DNA of 64,000 nucleotides from an uncultured Geobacter sp. (GCA_964622705.1 CAZUSH010000005.1:11389-75388); one strand, 5' to 3'. Shown: positions 48,454 to 59,177, numbered from the stretch's first letter. Numbers and translations are program-made. The notes: generated by a model from the letters alone, not told the origin.

Positions 48454-50412
48454 ATGACCTTTTCATTGTCTCCCCTCATGCTGCTTTTGCTGCTTTCGAT
48501 CGCCATTCAGGCTGCTGCGGCAATCATGGCGATCCGCCTGATCGGCATTACCGGCAGGCGGGTTGCCTGGTGCCTGATCGTTACGGCACTGCTGCTGATG
48601 TCGGTACGACGGATAATACCGCTCTATCGTCTGCTGGTCGGGGAGCAGCCTTATACGCCGGACCTGTTGAACGAACTGATCGGGTTGGCTTTGTCATGTG
48701 CCATGGCCATAGGCCTTGCGCTGATAGCGCCGCTTTTTCTGGAACGTAAACGGGTAGAAGATGAGCTGCGCCTTACTGCCGACGAGATGCGGGATCTGTA
48801 TGATCATGCCCCCTGTGGCTATCACTCTCTGGATGACGACGGTCGCTTTGTCCGCATCAATGCCACCGAGCTGCAGTGGCTGGGGTATCAACGGGATGAA
48901 GTCGTTGGCAGGATGCGCTTTGCCGACCTGCTGACGCCGCGCAGCACGCAGGTTTTTGCAGATACGTTCCCGCGTCTTAAACAGGAGGGACGGGTCAAGG
49001 ATCTGGAGTTGGAGCTGGTGCGCAAGAACGGTACGATCTTGTCGGTGCTGTTGAGCGCCAGCGTGGTGCTCAATCGGGACGGCAGTTGTCTGATGAGCCG
49101 TTCGACCGTCTTTGATATCAGCGACCGTAAGAAAAACGAGGAGGCGGAACACGTGTTGAGTTCAATCGTCGAGTCATCGGACGATGCCATCATCGCCAAG
49201 GACCTGCAGCAGACCATCCTTGCCTGGAACAAAGGGGCGGAGCTGCTCTACGGCTATACAGCCGAGGAGGCGCTGGGGCGCTCGGTCATCATGTTGGTCC
49301 CGCCGGAGCGGTACGGTGAGCTGAACGACATCATGGCAACGATTCGGAGCGGGGAACGAGTCGAGCATTTAGTGACCGAGAGAATACGCAAGGGGGGGGA
49401 GCGGATCTCGGTGTCGTTGACCGTATCGCCGATCAGGGATGCAGACGGTGAGATTCTAAGGGCTTCGGTTGTTTCACGCAATATCACGGAAGAGATGCAG
49501 CTGGCCGCACAACTGAAACAGCAGCAGCTTCATCAGGAAGAGCTGGTGCAGCAGCGCACAATGGAGTTAATGGAGCGCAGCCGCGAATTGCAGGAAAACC
49601 AACAGGCCCTGATGAACATCGTGGATGACCTGAACCAGAAAACTGAAGAGTTGGAACAGGCCAACGCCAAGTTGCAGGAACTGGATCAACTGAAATCCTT
49701 GTTCATCGCCTCCATGAGCCATGAACTGCGTACCCCGCTTAACTCGATCATCGGCTTCTCCAGTATCCTGAAGGATGAATGGCTCGGCCCGATCAACCAG
49801 GAACAAAAGGAGAATCTGGCCACCATACTGCGTTCCGGGAGGCATCTGCTCAACCTGATCAACGATGTGATCGATGTCTCCAAGATTGAGGCGGGCAGAA
49901 TCGAAGTACGCCTTGAGGAATTTGATCTGTACGACCTGTTGAAGGAAGCGGTACAATACGTTGAAAACGATGTTCGCGAGAAAGGCTTGAGGCTTGAACT
50001 GCAGTTGCAGCACCATGCCCTGCGCACCGATCGGCGCAGGCTTTTGCAGAGTGTGCTGAATTTTTTGAGCAATGCCGTCAAGTTCACAGAGCGGGGCTGC
50101 ATAACCCTTGCGTCGAGCATTGAGGCCGCCCGTCCGGAAAGACCGGGGTGCGTTGCCATCTCGGTCGTCGACACCGGTATCGGCATTGCAGAAGCCGATA
50201 TCGAGCGACTTTTCAGGCCGTTTGTACGCTTGGAGTCCCCCCTGAAAACCTTGGCGCCGGGGACCGGGCTCGGTCTGTATCTGACCAAGAAATTGATTGA
50301 GGATGTACTGGACGGGACCATCACCTGTACCAGCACACACGGTGCAGGAAGCACCTTTACCCTGACGATTCCGGAGCGGCTCAATGAAAAAGGTACTGGT
50401 TGTAGAGGATAA
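48454..50412 (+). CDS. Histidine kinase: 3TM-PAS-PAS-long coiled coil-HisKA-HATPase
   Basis: SMSHELRTPLNSIIGFS, NFLSNAVKFT, VVDTGIGI, FRPF, GTGLGL; no attached REC. Confidence 0.93.
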   Translation: MTFSLSPLMLLLLLSIAIQAAAAIMAIRLIGITGRRVAWCLIVTALLLMSVRRIIPLYRLLVGEQPYTPDLLNELIGLALSCAMAIGLALIAPLFLERKRVEDELRLTADEMRDLYDHAPCGYHSLDDDGRFVRINATELQWLGYQRDEVVGRMRFADLLTPRSTQVFADTFPRLKQEGRVKDLELELVRKNGTILSVLLSASVVLNRDGSCLMSRSTVFDISDRKKNEEAEHVLSSIVESSDDAIIAKDLQQTILAWNKGAELLYGYTAEEALGRSVIMLVPPERYGELNDIMATIRSGERVEHLVTERIRKGGERISVSLTVSPIRDADGEILRASVVSRNITEEMQLAAQLKQQQLHQEELVQQRTMELMERSRELQENQQALMNIVDDLNQKTEELEQANAKLQELDQLKSLFIASMSHELRTPLNSIIGFSSILKDEWLGPINQEQKENLATILRSGRHLLNLINDVIDVSKIEAGRIEVRLEEFDLYDLLKEAVQYVENDVREKGLRLELQLQHHALRTDRRRLLQSVLNFLSNAVKFTERGCITLASSIEAARPERPGCVAISVVDTGIGIAEADIERLFRPFVRLESPLKTLAPGTGLGLYLTKKLIEDVLDGTITCTSTHGAGSTFTLTIPERLNEKGTGCRG

Positions 50413-50785
50413 CAGCGATAATCTGCGCTTGATCAGCTATGCCCTGCGTCGCTGCGGTTACGAGGTGCTAGCTGCCGATACCGGTGAAAAGGGGGTGGAA
50501 CTGGCTGTCAGCGAGCACCCCACCTTCATCATCATGGATATCAACCTGCCCGATATCGACGGCCTGGAGGCCACTCGGCGCATCCGCAAAAGCGGGGCCA
50601 ACGGCAGTATCCCGATTATTGCCATCACCTCCTACGCCATGGCCGGCGATATGGATCAGGTATTGTCTGCCGGTTGCACCGGTTATTTTGAAAAGCCGAT
50701 CGATCCGTTGACTATCATGGACAAGATCCATGCCCTGTTGGGTATCGTGTCGCCGAACGCGGACGGAACGGGGGACTCGCCATGA
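50384..50785 (+). CDS. Single-domain response regulator (DivK-like)
   Basis: VVED, IMDINLPDIDG, AITSYA, FEKP. Confidence 0.93.
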   Translation: MKKVLVVEDNSDNLRLISYALRRCGYEVLAADTGEKGVELAVSEHPTFIIMDINLPDIDGLEATRRIRKSGANGSIPIIAITSYAMAGDMDQVLSAGCTGYFEKPIDPLTIMDKIHALLGIVSPNADGTGDSP

Positions 50786-52101
50786 AGGTTCTGATTGTTG
50801 AAGACAACGCAAGCGCCAGAAAGCTGTTACGGTTGACGCTTGAGCACTACGGTTGCACGGTGATCGAGGCCCAGGATGGGGTGGAGGGGCTGGAACTGGC
50901 AGGTTGCCACACACCGGAGGTTATCATCTCAGATGCCCTGATGCCGCGCATGGATGGTTTCCAATTGCTCAGGGCCCTTAAAGCGGAGCCGGCGCTGCAA
51001 TCCATCCCGTTCATCTTTTACTCATCCACCTACACCGGCGAGAAGGAACAGACGTTGGCCCTTTCGCTCGGCGCTGAGGCATTTATTAACAAGCCGGTGG
51101 AGCCAACTGAGCTGTGGGAACGTACCTGTGCCATCATGCGAGATTGGGAATCGCGCCGGAAGACGCCGGCCCATCCGGTGGAGCAACGCAAAGATGAACA
51201 ATTTCTGCGCGAGTACAGCCAGGTGGTGGCCACCAAGCTGGAGGAAAAAGTCAGTGAGTTGGAAGATGCGCTGGCCTTGCGTAAACAGGCTGAAGAAGAA
51301 CTCCGGCGTCTGAATAATGAACTGGAGCAGCGCGTTGCCCTTGAGGTGGAAAAAAACCGGGCCAAGGATCATATTCTGGCCCACCAGGCCCGTCTGGCCG
51401 CCATGGGTGAAATGCTCAGCAATATTGCCCATCAGTGGCGCCAGCCCCTAAATAATGTCGCCTTGATTATTCAGAATCTGCAGGCTGAATTTACCGATAA
51501 ATGCCTGACTCAGGCCGCCTGCGACGAATTTACGGAGGAATGCCTGAAGATGCTGGGGTATCTGTCGCACACGATCGACACCTTCTGCGGATTTTATCAA
51601 CCTGACCACGAGCGGCAGTCGTTTGAGTTGAGGCAGGCCATCGCCGAGTCGCTTGGGCTGGTCCAGGCCGATCTTGAGGCCTGCGGCATTGTCGTCTCGC
51701 TGGCTACATCGTGCGATCTGGTCATTCACGGCTACCGCAAAGAGTTTTTGCAGGTGCTGTTGAGTCTCGTGCAGAATGCCAAGGAAGCGCTCTTGCTGCA
51801 GCAGCCGTCTCAGCCGTTGATAGAAATCAGCTGTTTACAGGAGGGAGAGCGTGCCGTGCTCAAGGTTGCCGATAACGGCGGTGGCATCCCGCCTGAGGCT
51901 ATGGATAAGATCTTCGATCCTTACTTCACGCGTAAATTTAAGGCGCAAGGGGTGGGAATGGGCCTCTATATGGCCAAAATGATTATTGAGAGGCATATGG
52001 GCGGTCATATTGCCGTCGCTAACCGGTCCGATGGCGCCGAAGTAACCATCAGCCTCCCGTTGGCAGGAGTCTCTGAGTACACAGGGGGCGTTCAGAAGTA
52101 A
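50782..52101 (+). CDS. N-terminal receiver + histidine kinase
   Basis: VED, ISDALMPRMDG, NKP; IAHQWRQPLN, DNGGGI, FDPYFT, GVGMGL. Confidence 0.92.
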   Translation: MKVLIVEDNASARKLLRLTLEHYGCTVIEAQDGVEGLELAGCHTPEVIISDALMPRMDGFQLLRALKAEPALQSIPFIFYSSTYTGEKEQTLALSLGAEAFINKPVEPTELWERTCAIMRDWESRRKTPAHPVEQRKDEQFLREYSQVVATKLEEKVSELEDALALRKQAEEELRRLNNELEQRVALEVEKNRAKDHILAHQARLAAMGEMLSNIAHQWRQPLNNVALIIQNLQAEFTDKCLTQAACDEFTEECLKMLGYLSHTIDTFCGFYQPDHERQSFELRQAIAESLGLVQADLEACGIVVSLATSCDLVIHGYRKEFLQVLLSLVQNAKEALLLQQPSQPLIEISCLQEGERAVLKVADNGGGIPPEAMDKIFDPYFTRKFKAQGVGMGLYMAKMIIERHMGGHIAVANRSDGAEVTISLPLAGVSEYTGGVQK

Positions 52102-52105
52102 ATAG

Positions 52106-52951
52106 TTACCACCTTCCCAGGGGCGACCAGGGGTAGTCCTTCAGATGTTCCCGCAACTCCTCTTCGCGGTAACGGTTGACCCGTACCAGCGCTAAAACCA
52201 CCACCAGCAGGATCGGCAGGGTAAAGATGAAGATGCCGGTCATGGCCATCAGTTTCTCGCCGATCCAGAGTGTTACGCCCCAGTTGAACAACAGTACGGA
52301 AAGGTACAGTACTGGCCCCAGCAGGGAACGGAACGGCAGCTTGACGATGCCCCGTGGGGTCTCGGTCTCTTGCCTGCGATCAACCAGCTGAAAGGCCGCC
52401 ACCAGGGCAAAGCTGGTCAAAAGCCAACCGGCGTAGTTGGAAAACGGCACGCCGAAGTGCGTTCCTACCTCGTTGTAGCCGTAGATCTGCCCCAGAAACC
52501 AGCGTCTGCCCTGCAGTGCCACCGGATCCACGATGATATCCAGAAAGGTCTGCAAAAATGCGCCCAACACCAAGGCGGCCCAGGAGTGCCGGATGGCGCG
52601 GGTCTCCAGGGTGATCAGGTCCATGGTCCGGGTGGCCAGGGGCGAGAGGATGAACAGGGCTGTGGTATAGCTGCAGTAGGTCAGGAATACGTAGGAGAGC
52701 GAGTCAAAGAACGGAACCCCCCAGACCCACAACTCCTTGTGGCTGGTGGTGTCGATATAGTAGTACCAGCCGTACGGGAAGCCGGTGGTGATGGAGAGCT
52801 TCGCCGAGACAAAGGCGATGGCATAGCCGGCCCCGGTGAAGGTCAGGGTCTTTTTCCAGCCCACATGGGGAACGCAGGCCAGCAAAAAGGCGGCGAAAAA
52901 GGCGAACACATAGGGCCGCATGGTGATGGTGCCAAAAGCGAGCTGCAACAT
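52106..52951 (-). CDS. DUF422/CruF-like (carotenoid biosynthesis family) membrane protein
   Basis: Multi-TM; TGFPYGWYYY, GVPFFDSLSY, DIIVDPVA, GVPFSNYAGW. Confidence 0.8.
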   Translation of the reverse strand: MLQLAFGTITMRPYVFAFFAAFLLACVPHVGWKKTLTFTGAGYAIAFVSAKLSITTGFPYGWYYYIDTTSHKELWVWGVPFFDSLSYVFLTYCSYTTALFILSPLATRTMDLITLETRAIRHSWAALVLGAFLQTFLDIIVDPVALQGRRWFLGQIYGYNEVGTHFGVPFSNYAGWLLTSFALVAAFQLVDRRQETETPRGIVKLPFRSLLGPVLYLSVLLFNWGVTLWIGEKLMAMTGIFIFTLPILLVVVLALVRVNRYREEELREHLKDYPWSPLGRW

Positions 52952-53003
52952 GGGATTCCTGTCGATACGGGCGGGGCACAGCCGGCTGTGCCCCGTGTTC
53001 TGA

Positions 53004-54287
53004 TTAGATTTGACTTGCTTCCAGGGCCTGGTTCACATCCGCAATCAGGTCATCGATGTGCTCGATCCCCACCGACAGCCGGATCAGGTCCGGGCTGACC
53101 CCTGACGAGCGCTGCTGCTCTTCGGTCAGCTGGCGGTGGGTGGTGCTGGCCGGGTGCAGCACGCAGGAACGGGCATCCCCCACATGCACCACCAGGGCGA
53201 TCAGCTTGCAGGCCTCCATGAACTTCTTGCCCGCCGCCGCCCCTCCCTTGATGCCGAAGGTCAATACACCACTGCAGCCCTTGGCCAGATACTGCTGGGC
53301 CCGGGCATGACTGGGGTGGCTGGCCAGCCCCGGGTAGCAGGCCCAGGAGACGGCCGGGTGCGCCTCAAGGTGCTTGGCCAGTGCCAGAGCATTTTCACTG
53401 TGACGCTGCATCCGCAGCGGCAAGGTCTGCAGGCCGTGGTAGAACAGGAAGGCGTTCATCGGGGCCACTGTGGCGCCCAGGTCGCGCATCAGTTGCACCC
53501 GTGCCTTGATGATGTAGGCAGCCGGCCCAAAGGCCTTGACGTATTGCATGCCATGGTAACTGGGGTCCGGTTCCACCAGTTCGGGGTACTTGCCGTTATC
53601 CCAGTTGAAGGTGCCGCCGTCGATGATCACGCCCCCCACGCTGGTGGCATGGCCGTCGATGTACTTGGTGGCCGAGTGCACCACGATGTTGGCCCCCAGC
53701 TCAAAGGGACGGCAGAGATAGGGAGTGGCCATGGTGTTGTCGATCACCAGTGGCACCTGTTGTGCCTTGGCAACAGCCGAAAACTTGGCAAAATCGAGCA
53801 CGTTCATGCCGGGGTTGCCGATGGTCTCGGCGTAGAGCGCCCTGGTGGTGGGCCTGAAGGCGGCGGCGATCTCCTCGGCCGAGGCATCGGGATTGACAAA
53901 GGTGACCTCGATCCCCAGCTTGGGCAGTGTGGAGGAGAATAGGTTGTAGGTGCCGCCGTACAGGGTGCTGGCAGAGACGATATGCTGGCCGGCCTGGCAG
54001 ATGTTCAGCATGGCCAGGCTGATGGCGGCTTGTCCCGAAGAGGTGGCCAGGGCTGCCACACCGCCCTCCATCTGGCTGATCTTCTGCTCAAAGGCATCGG
54101 CAGTGGGGTTGCCCAGGCGGGTATAGAAGAATCCGGGCGCCTCAAGATCGAACAGCTTGGCCACGTAGTCGGCATTATCGTACTTGAAGGTGGTGCTCTG
54201 AACGATCGGCACGATCCGCGGCTCGCCGGCCTTTGGCTCGTAACCGCCCTGAATGGCAAGTGTTTCAAGTTTCCAGTTGGTATCCAT
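53004..54287 (-). CDS. metY: O-acetylhomoserine aminocarboxypropyltransferase
   Basis: YTRLGNPT, SSGQAA, YGGT, IDNT, HSATKYIDGH, RLSVGIEH. Confidence 0.93.
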   Translation of the reverse strand: MDTNWKLETLAIQGGYEPKAGEPRIVPIVQSTTFKYDNADYVAKLFDLEAPGFFYTRLGNPTADAFEQKISQMEGGVAALATSSGQAAISLAMLNICQAGQHIVSASTLYGGTYNLFSSTLPKLGIEVTFVNPDASAEEIAAAFRPTTRALYAETIGNPGMNVLDFAKFSAVAKAQQVPLVIDNTMATPYLCRPFELGANIVVHSATKYIDGHATSVGGVIIDGGTFNWDNGKYPELVEPDPSYHGMQYVKAFGPAAYIIKARVQLMRDLGATVAPMNAFLFYHGLQTLPLRMQRHSENALALAKHLEAHPAVSWACYPGLASHPSHARAQQYLAKGCSGVLTFGIKGGAAAGKKFMEACKLIALVVHVGDARSCVLHPASTTHRQLTEEQQRSSGVSPDLIRLSVGIEHIDDLIADVNQALEASQI

Positions 54288-54311
54288 CCGATTGCCTCCT
54301 TGCAAAGGAAT

Positions 54312-54453
54312 GAGCCTCTCGCAAAACTACTGTGGAGGCCGTCTATGGCGTTACGCGGTGCTCGCTCCCTCGCCTAACGACTCGTTATGTCTCAGTCGCT
54401 GCGCGACCTACGCCTTGTATCCGGCCTTCCTCATCAGATTTTGTATGAGGCTC
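54312..54453. mobile_element. MITE-like palindromic element 1
   Basis: Imperfect TIR GAGCCTC-nnn-CAAAA; internal GGCGTT...CGCCTTG nested stems. Confidence 0.55.
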
Positions 54454-54577
54454 GAATGGTTGCCATTATGAAGTGGCCGACCGCATTGGTCAAGAACAAC
54501 GCTTTTACAGAACTATTACACCCCGCTGCACGGGGTCCGGTGTATAACCATATCATCAGCCTGGGGAGGATTTTGGT

Positions 54578-55663
54578 ATGGTCAAACACCTGAAAATCGG
54601 CAAGCATACGGCCCGTTTCCCGCTCATTCAGGGCGGCATGGGGGTGAGGATTTCCGGCGGCAACCTGGCAGGCCATGTGGCCAAGGCCGGCGGTATCGGT
54701 CTGGTGGCAGCAGCAGGGATCGCCCTGAACAGTGAGCATTACACCGGCACCAACTATTTCCAGGCCGAACTGCAGGCCTTTCAGACGGAGATCAGAAAGG
54801 CCCGCGCCATTGCACCGGACGGCATCATCGGCGTCAACGTGATGGTGGCCTTATCGGACTTCGAGCCGCTGGTCAAGGCGGCCATTGAGGCCGGAGCCCA
54901 GGTGATCGTCTGCGGCGCCGGACTGCCGCTGTCGCTGCCCGAGTTGACAGCCCATGCGCCTGACGTGGCCCTGGTGCCGATCGCGTCATCAGTACGGGCC
55001 GCCCAGCTGATCGCCCGCACCTGGGAAAAGCGCTATCATCGCCTGCCTGATGCCGTGGTGGTTGAAGACCCGGATACCGCCGGCGGGCACCTGGGCGAGA
55101 AGATGGAAAACATCGGAACCGGCGAGTACGACCAGTATGCTACCGTGCGGGGGGTTAAGCAGTTCTTCCGTGATGAATACCATGTTGAGATACCGATTAT
55201 TGCTGCAGGCGGCGTCTGGGATCGGGCCGATCTGGAGCATGCCCTGGCAGAAGGGGCCGATGGCGTGCAGATGGCCTCCCGCTTTGTCTGCACCGAGGAG
55301 TGCGACGCAGCGCCGGAGTTCAAGCAGGCCTACCTGAACTGCAAAAAAGAGGATATCGGTCTGCTGATGTCGCCGGCCGGCCTGCCGGGCCGGGCCGTGC
55401 TGACCAATACCCCGAACATCCGCCAGTATGACCTTGATCATCACACCCCCTGCCGGATGGGCTGCCTCAAGAAATGCTCCTACAAGGAGTCGGGCGAGCG
55501 TTTCTGTATCGTCACCGCCCTGGACCGTGCCCAGCGGGGCGATGTGCAGACCGGCCTGGTGTTCTGTGGCACCAATGCCTGGAAGGCCGACCGGATCACC
55601 ACCGTGCAGGCGATCTTTGATGAACTGTTCGGGATGGAGGAAGAGTTGCAAGAGGCAGCCTGA
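54578..55663 (+). CDS. Nitronate monooxygenase-family flavin oxidoreductase
   Basis: PLIQGGMG, GAGLP, AGGH, IIAAGG, GVQMASRF. Confidence 0.9.
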   Translation: MVKHLKIGKHTARFPLIQGGMGVRISGGNLAGHVAKAGGIGLVAAAGIALNSEHYTGTNYFQAELQAFQTEIRKARAIAPDGIIGVNVMVALSDFEPLVKAAIEAGAQVIVCGAGLPLSLPELTAHAPDVALVPIASSVRAAQLIARTWEKRYHRLPDAVVVEDPDTAGGHLGEKMENIGTGEYDQYATVRGVKQFFRDEYHVEIPIIAAGGVWDRADLEHALAEGADGVQMASRFVCTEECDAAPEFKQAYLNCKKEDIGLLMSPAGLPGRAVLTNTPNIRQYDLDHHTPCRMGCLKKCSYKESGERFCIVTALDRAQRGDVQTGLVFCGTNAWKADRITTVQAIFDELFGMEEELQEAA

Positions 55664-55692
55664 CCGGTCGCGCCGGTTTTGACGTGTCGATG

Positions 55693-55721
55693 AACCCGCC
55701 GGGATTTCCGGCGGGTTTTTT
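55693..55721 (+). terminator. Rho-independent terminator
   Basis: AACCCGCCGG-gattt-CCGGCGGGTT-TTTT. Confidence 0.85.
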
Positions 55722-55722
55722 G

Positions 55723-55783
55723 TTGACCGCAGCCGCGCGAATTGTTATATCAAAAAAACTTGATATAAACTTTAGGTAAAGTT
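55723..55783 (+). promoter_or_regulatory. sahR promoter with SahR-type operator
   Basis: TTGACC-17-TATATC; palindrome TATATCAA-N6-TTGATATA (55746-55767) over the -10; second IR AACTTTA-GG-TAAAGTT (55768-55783). Confidence 0.75.
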
Positions 55784-55788
55784 GATCT

Positions 55789-56724
55789 ATGCTCCTCGAA
55801 ACCCTGAAAGCCTTGGCTGATCCCTGCCGCCTGCGTCTGACCGCAATCCTGTTGCGTGGTGAGTTTACCGTGCAGGAGCTGACGGCTATTCTGGACATGG
55901 GGCAATCCCGTATTTCACGGCACCTGAAGATTCTGAGCGAGGCCGGTATCTTGTCGGTCAAGCGTCAGGGGACCTGGAGCTACTACCGCATTGGGCACCG
56001 TTCTACCTTTTTTACGGCAGTACGTCCGCTGCTGGAGGCCGAACTGACCGGACTGCCGGAACGGGAGCAGGATCTGGCAGCCGTGGCAGCGGTGTTGGAA
56101 GAGCGCCGCCGCCGCAGCCAGGAATTTTTTGACCACCATGCCCGCCAGTGGGATGAGCTGGCCCGTACCCTGCTGCCGATGCCGGAGTATCGTGAAAAGC
56201 TGCTGGCCTTGGTGCCCTGCTGTGAACAGATCGTCGAGATCGGGCTGGGTACCGGCGGCCTGCTGCCCGCCTTGGCTGCCAAGGCACAGGATGGTGTCAT
56301 AGGGGTAGATCACTCTCCTGCCATGCTGGATGAGGCCCGTCGTCGCCTGACTCAGGCCGGCATTGCCGGTATTGATCTGCGCCTGGGGGAGATGAGCCAC
56401 CTGCCGCTGCCGGATCGCTCAACCAATTGTGCGGTGCTGGACATGGTGCTGCACCATGCTGCCGATCCACCGGCGGTGCTGGCCGAGATCAGGCGGGTAC
56501 TGGCTGCAGGCGGCTCGTTACTGCTGGCTGATCTGGCCCGCCATGAGCGGGAACTGGCCCGGGAGCAGTTGGCAGACCAATGGCTGGGATTTGAAGAGGA
56601 AGAATTGAAAAACTGGTTGCAACAGGCCGGTTTTGCTCAGGTTGCCGTGACCCAGGTTGAGCCGCTGCCGGGGCAGGAAACCGTATTGCTGTTACAGGCG
56701 CACACCACAACCAAAGGAGAATAA
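55789..56724 (+). CDS. sahR: ArsR-HTH + methyltransferase-fold regulator of the SAM cycle
   Basis: [33 protein letters not shown]; directly upstream of ahcY. Confidence 0.88.
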   Translation: MLLETLKALADPCRLRLTAILLRGEFTVQELTAILDMGQSRISRHLKILSEAGILSVKRQGTWSYYRIGHRSTFFTAVRPLLEAELTGLPEREQDLAAVAAVLEERRRRSQEFFDHHARQWDELARTLLPMPEYREKLLALVPCCEQIVEIGLGTGGLLPALAAKAQDGVIGVDHSPAMLDEARRRLTQAGIAGIDLRLGEMSHLPLPDRSTNCAVLDMVLHHAADPPAVLAEIRRVLAAGGSLLLADLARHERELAREQLADQWLGFEEEELKNWLQQAGFAQVAVTQVEPLPGQETVLLLQAHTTTKGE

Positions 56725-56726
56725 GC

Positions 56727-58121
<1,395 letters not shown>

Positions 58122-58239
58122 GAAATGCGCTTTTTCCGTAATCTCGGCGTTGGGCCTCGGATTCGGTTGTGCGGCATAGTTGCTCTATGCCTCCGCCCGA
58201 ATCCTTGCCCGCCTTGACCTTACGAAAAGGTCATATTTC
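58122..58239. mobile_element. MITE-like palindromic element 2
   Basis: Imperfect TIR GAAAT...CTTTT(C)CGTAA; GGCGTT...CGCCTTG; central GGCATAG-ttgct-CTATGCC. Confidence 0.55.
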
Positions 58240-58259
58240 AGAGGTATTGGATAGATTCA

Positions 58260-58571
58260 ATGCAACCCAAAGAGTTACAGAAACAGCTCAAATCAAAGAC
58301 ACCACCTACGGTGGTGGATGTGCGCAGCGCCATGGAGTTCCGCATGGGGCATATCCCCGGTGCCCTGTTGCTGCCAATCTGGAAGGTGTTGTTCAGAATG
58401 ACCGGTTCGCTCCCCAAGGACAAGCAGACGCCCTTGGTGTTGTACTGCGAATCCGGAGCGCGGGCCGAGATGGTTGGCTCCATGCTGGCCAAACGGGGCT
58501 ACAGCAGGATAGCCTATCTGGATGGCGATATGCCCGGCTGGCGTCAGGACGGGCTGCCGTTGGAGAAATAG
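58260..58571 (+). CDS. Rhodanese-like domain protein
   Basis: VDVRS..EF..GHIPGA, LYCESGAR, LDGD...W. Confidence 0.9.
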   Translation: MQPKELQKQLKSKTPPTVVDVRSAMEFRMGHIPGALLLPIWKVLFRMTGSLPKDKQTPLVLYCESGARAEMVGSMLAKRGYSRIAYLDGDMPGWRQDGLPLEK

Positions 58572-58575
58572 CACG

Positions 58576-58848
58576 GTGGAATGCCGAGCCGGTTGCGCTG
58601 CCTGTTGCATTGCCCCCTCGATCAGCTCGGCCATTCCGGGCATGCCGCAGGGTAAGCCGGCCGGTGTGCGCTGTGTGCAGTTGACGTTGGACAACCGATG
58701 CCGTATCTTTGGCAGACCTGAACGCCCTGCTGTCTGCGGCAGCCTGCAGCCTAGCCGCGAGATGTGCGGCACAAGTGCTGATGAGGCCATGCAGCATCTG
58801 CAGGAGTGGGAGCGGGCAACTGCCCCGGAAACACGAGGAAGAGTGTAA
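58576..58848 (+). CDS. YkgJ-family cysteine-cluster protein
   Basis: CRAGCAACCIAPSIS, KPAGVRC, RPAVC, MCG. Confidence 0.9.
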   Translation: MECRAGCAACCIAPSISSAIPGMPQGKPAGVRCVQLTLDNRCRIFGRPERPAVCGSLQPSREMCGTSADEAMQHLQEWERATAPETRGRV

Positions 58849-59177
58849 TGGCAAAAGAGCTCTATGTAGGACATCTGCCGTACGAGACCACCACGGATGA
58901 CCTGCGCAAGCTGTTCAGCGTGGCCGGTACGGTCACCTCGGTGCACATCATCACCGACCCGGTCAGCGGCAAGTCCAAGGGCTGCGGCTATGTCCGCATG
59001 GCCGCCGAGGAACAGCTCAAAGAGGCCATTGACTGTCTGGACGGCGCCTTGGTGGAAGGTATGACGATCACGGTCAGCGTTGCCAATCCCCAGAAACAAC
59101 AGGGCAAGCCAGCCAACCGGAGCACCGCCAATACCAAGCCCGGCTCACGTCGGGACCGGGCGCGTCAAAAAAAATAG
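58848..59177 (+). CDS. RRM RNA-binding protein
   Basis: LYVGHL (RNP2), KGCGYVRM (RNP1), basic tail. Confidence 0.9.
   Translation: MAKELYVGHLPYETTTDDLRKLFSVAGTVTSVHIITDPVSGKSKGCGYVRMAAEEQLKEAIDCLDGALVEGMTITVSVANPQKQQGKPANRSTANTKPGSRRDRARQKK

Noticed and set aside
54288-54577. SAM riboswitch upstream of metY (also checked upstream of metK)
   Set aside because: No SAM-I/II consensus; the structure there is the MITE-like element
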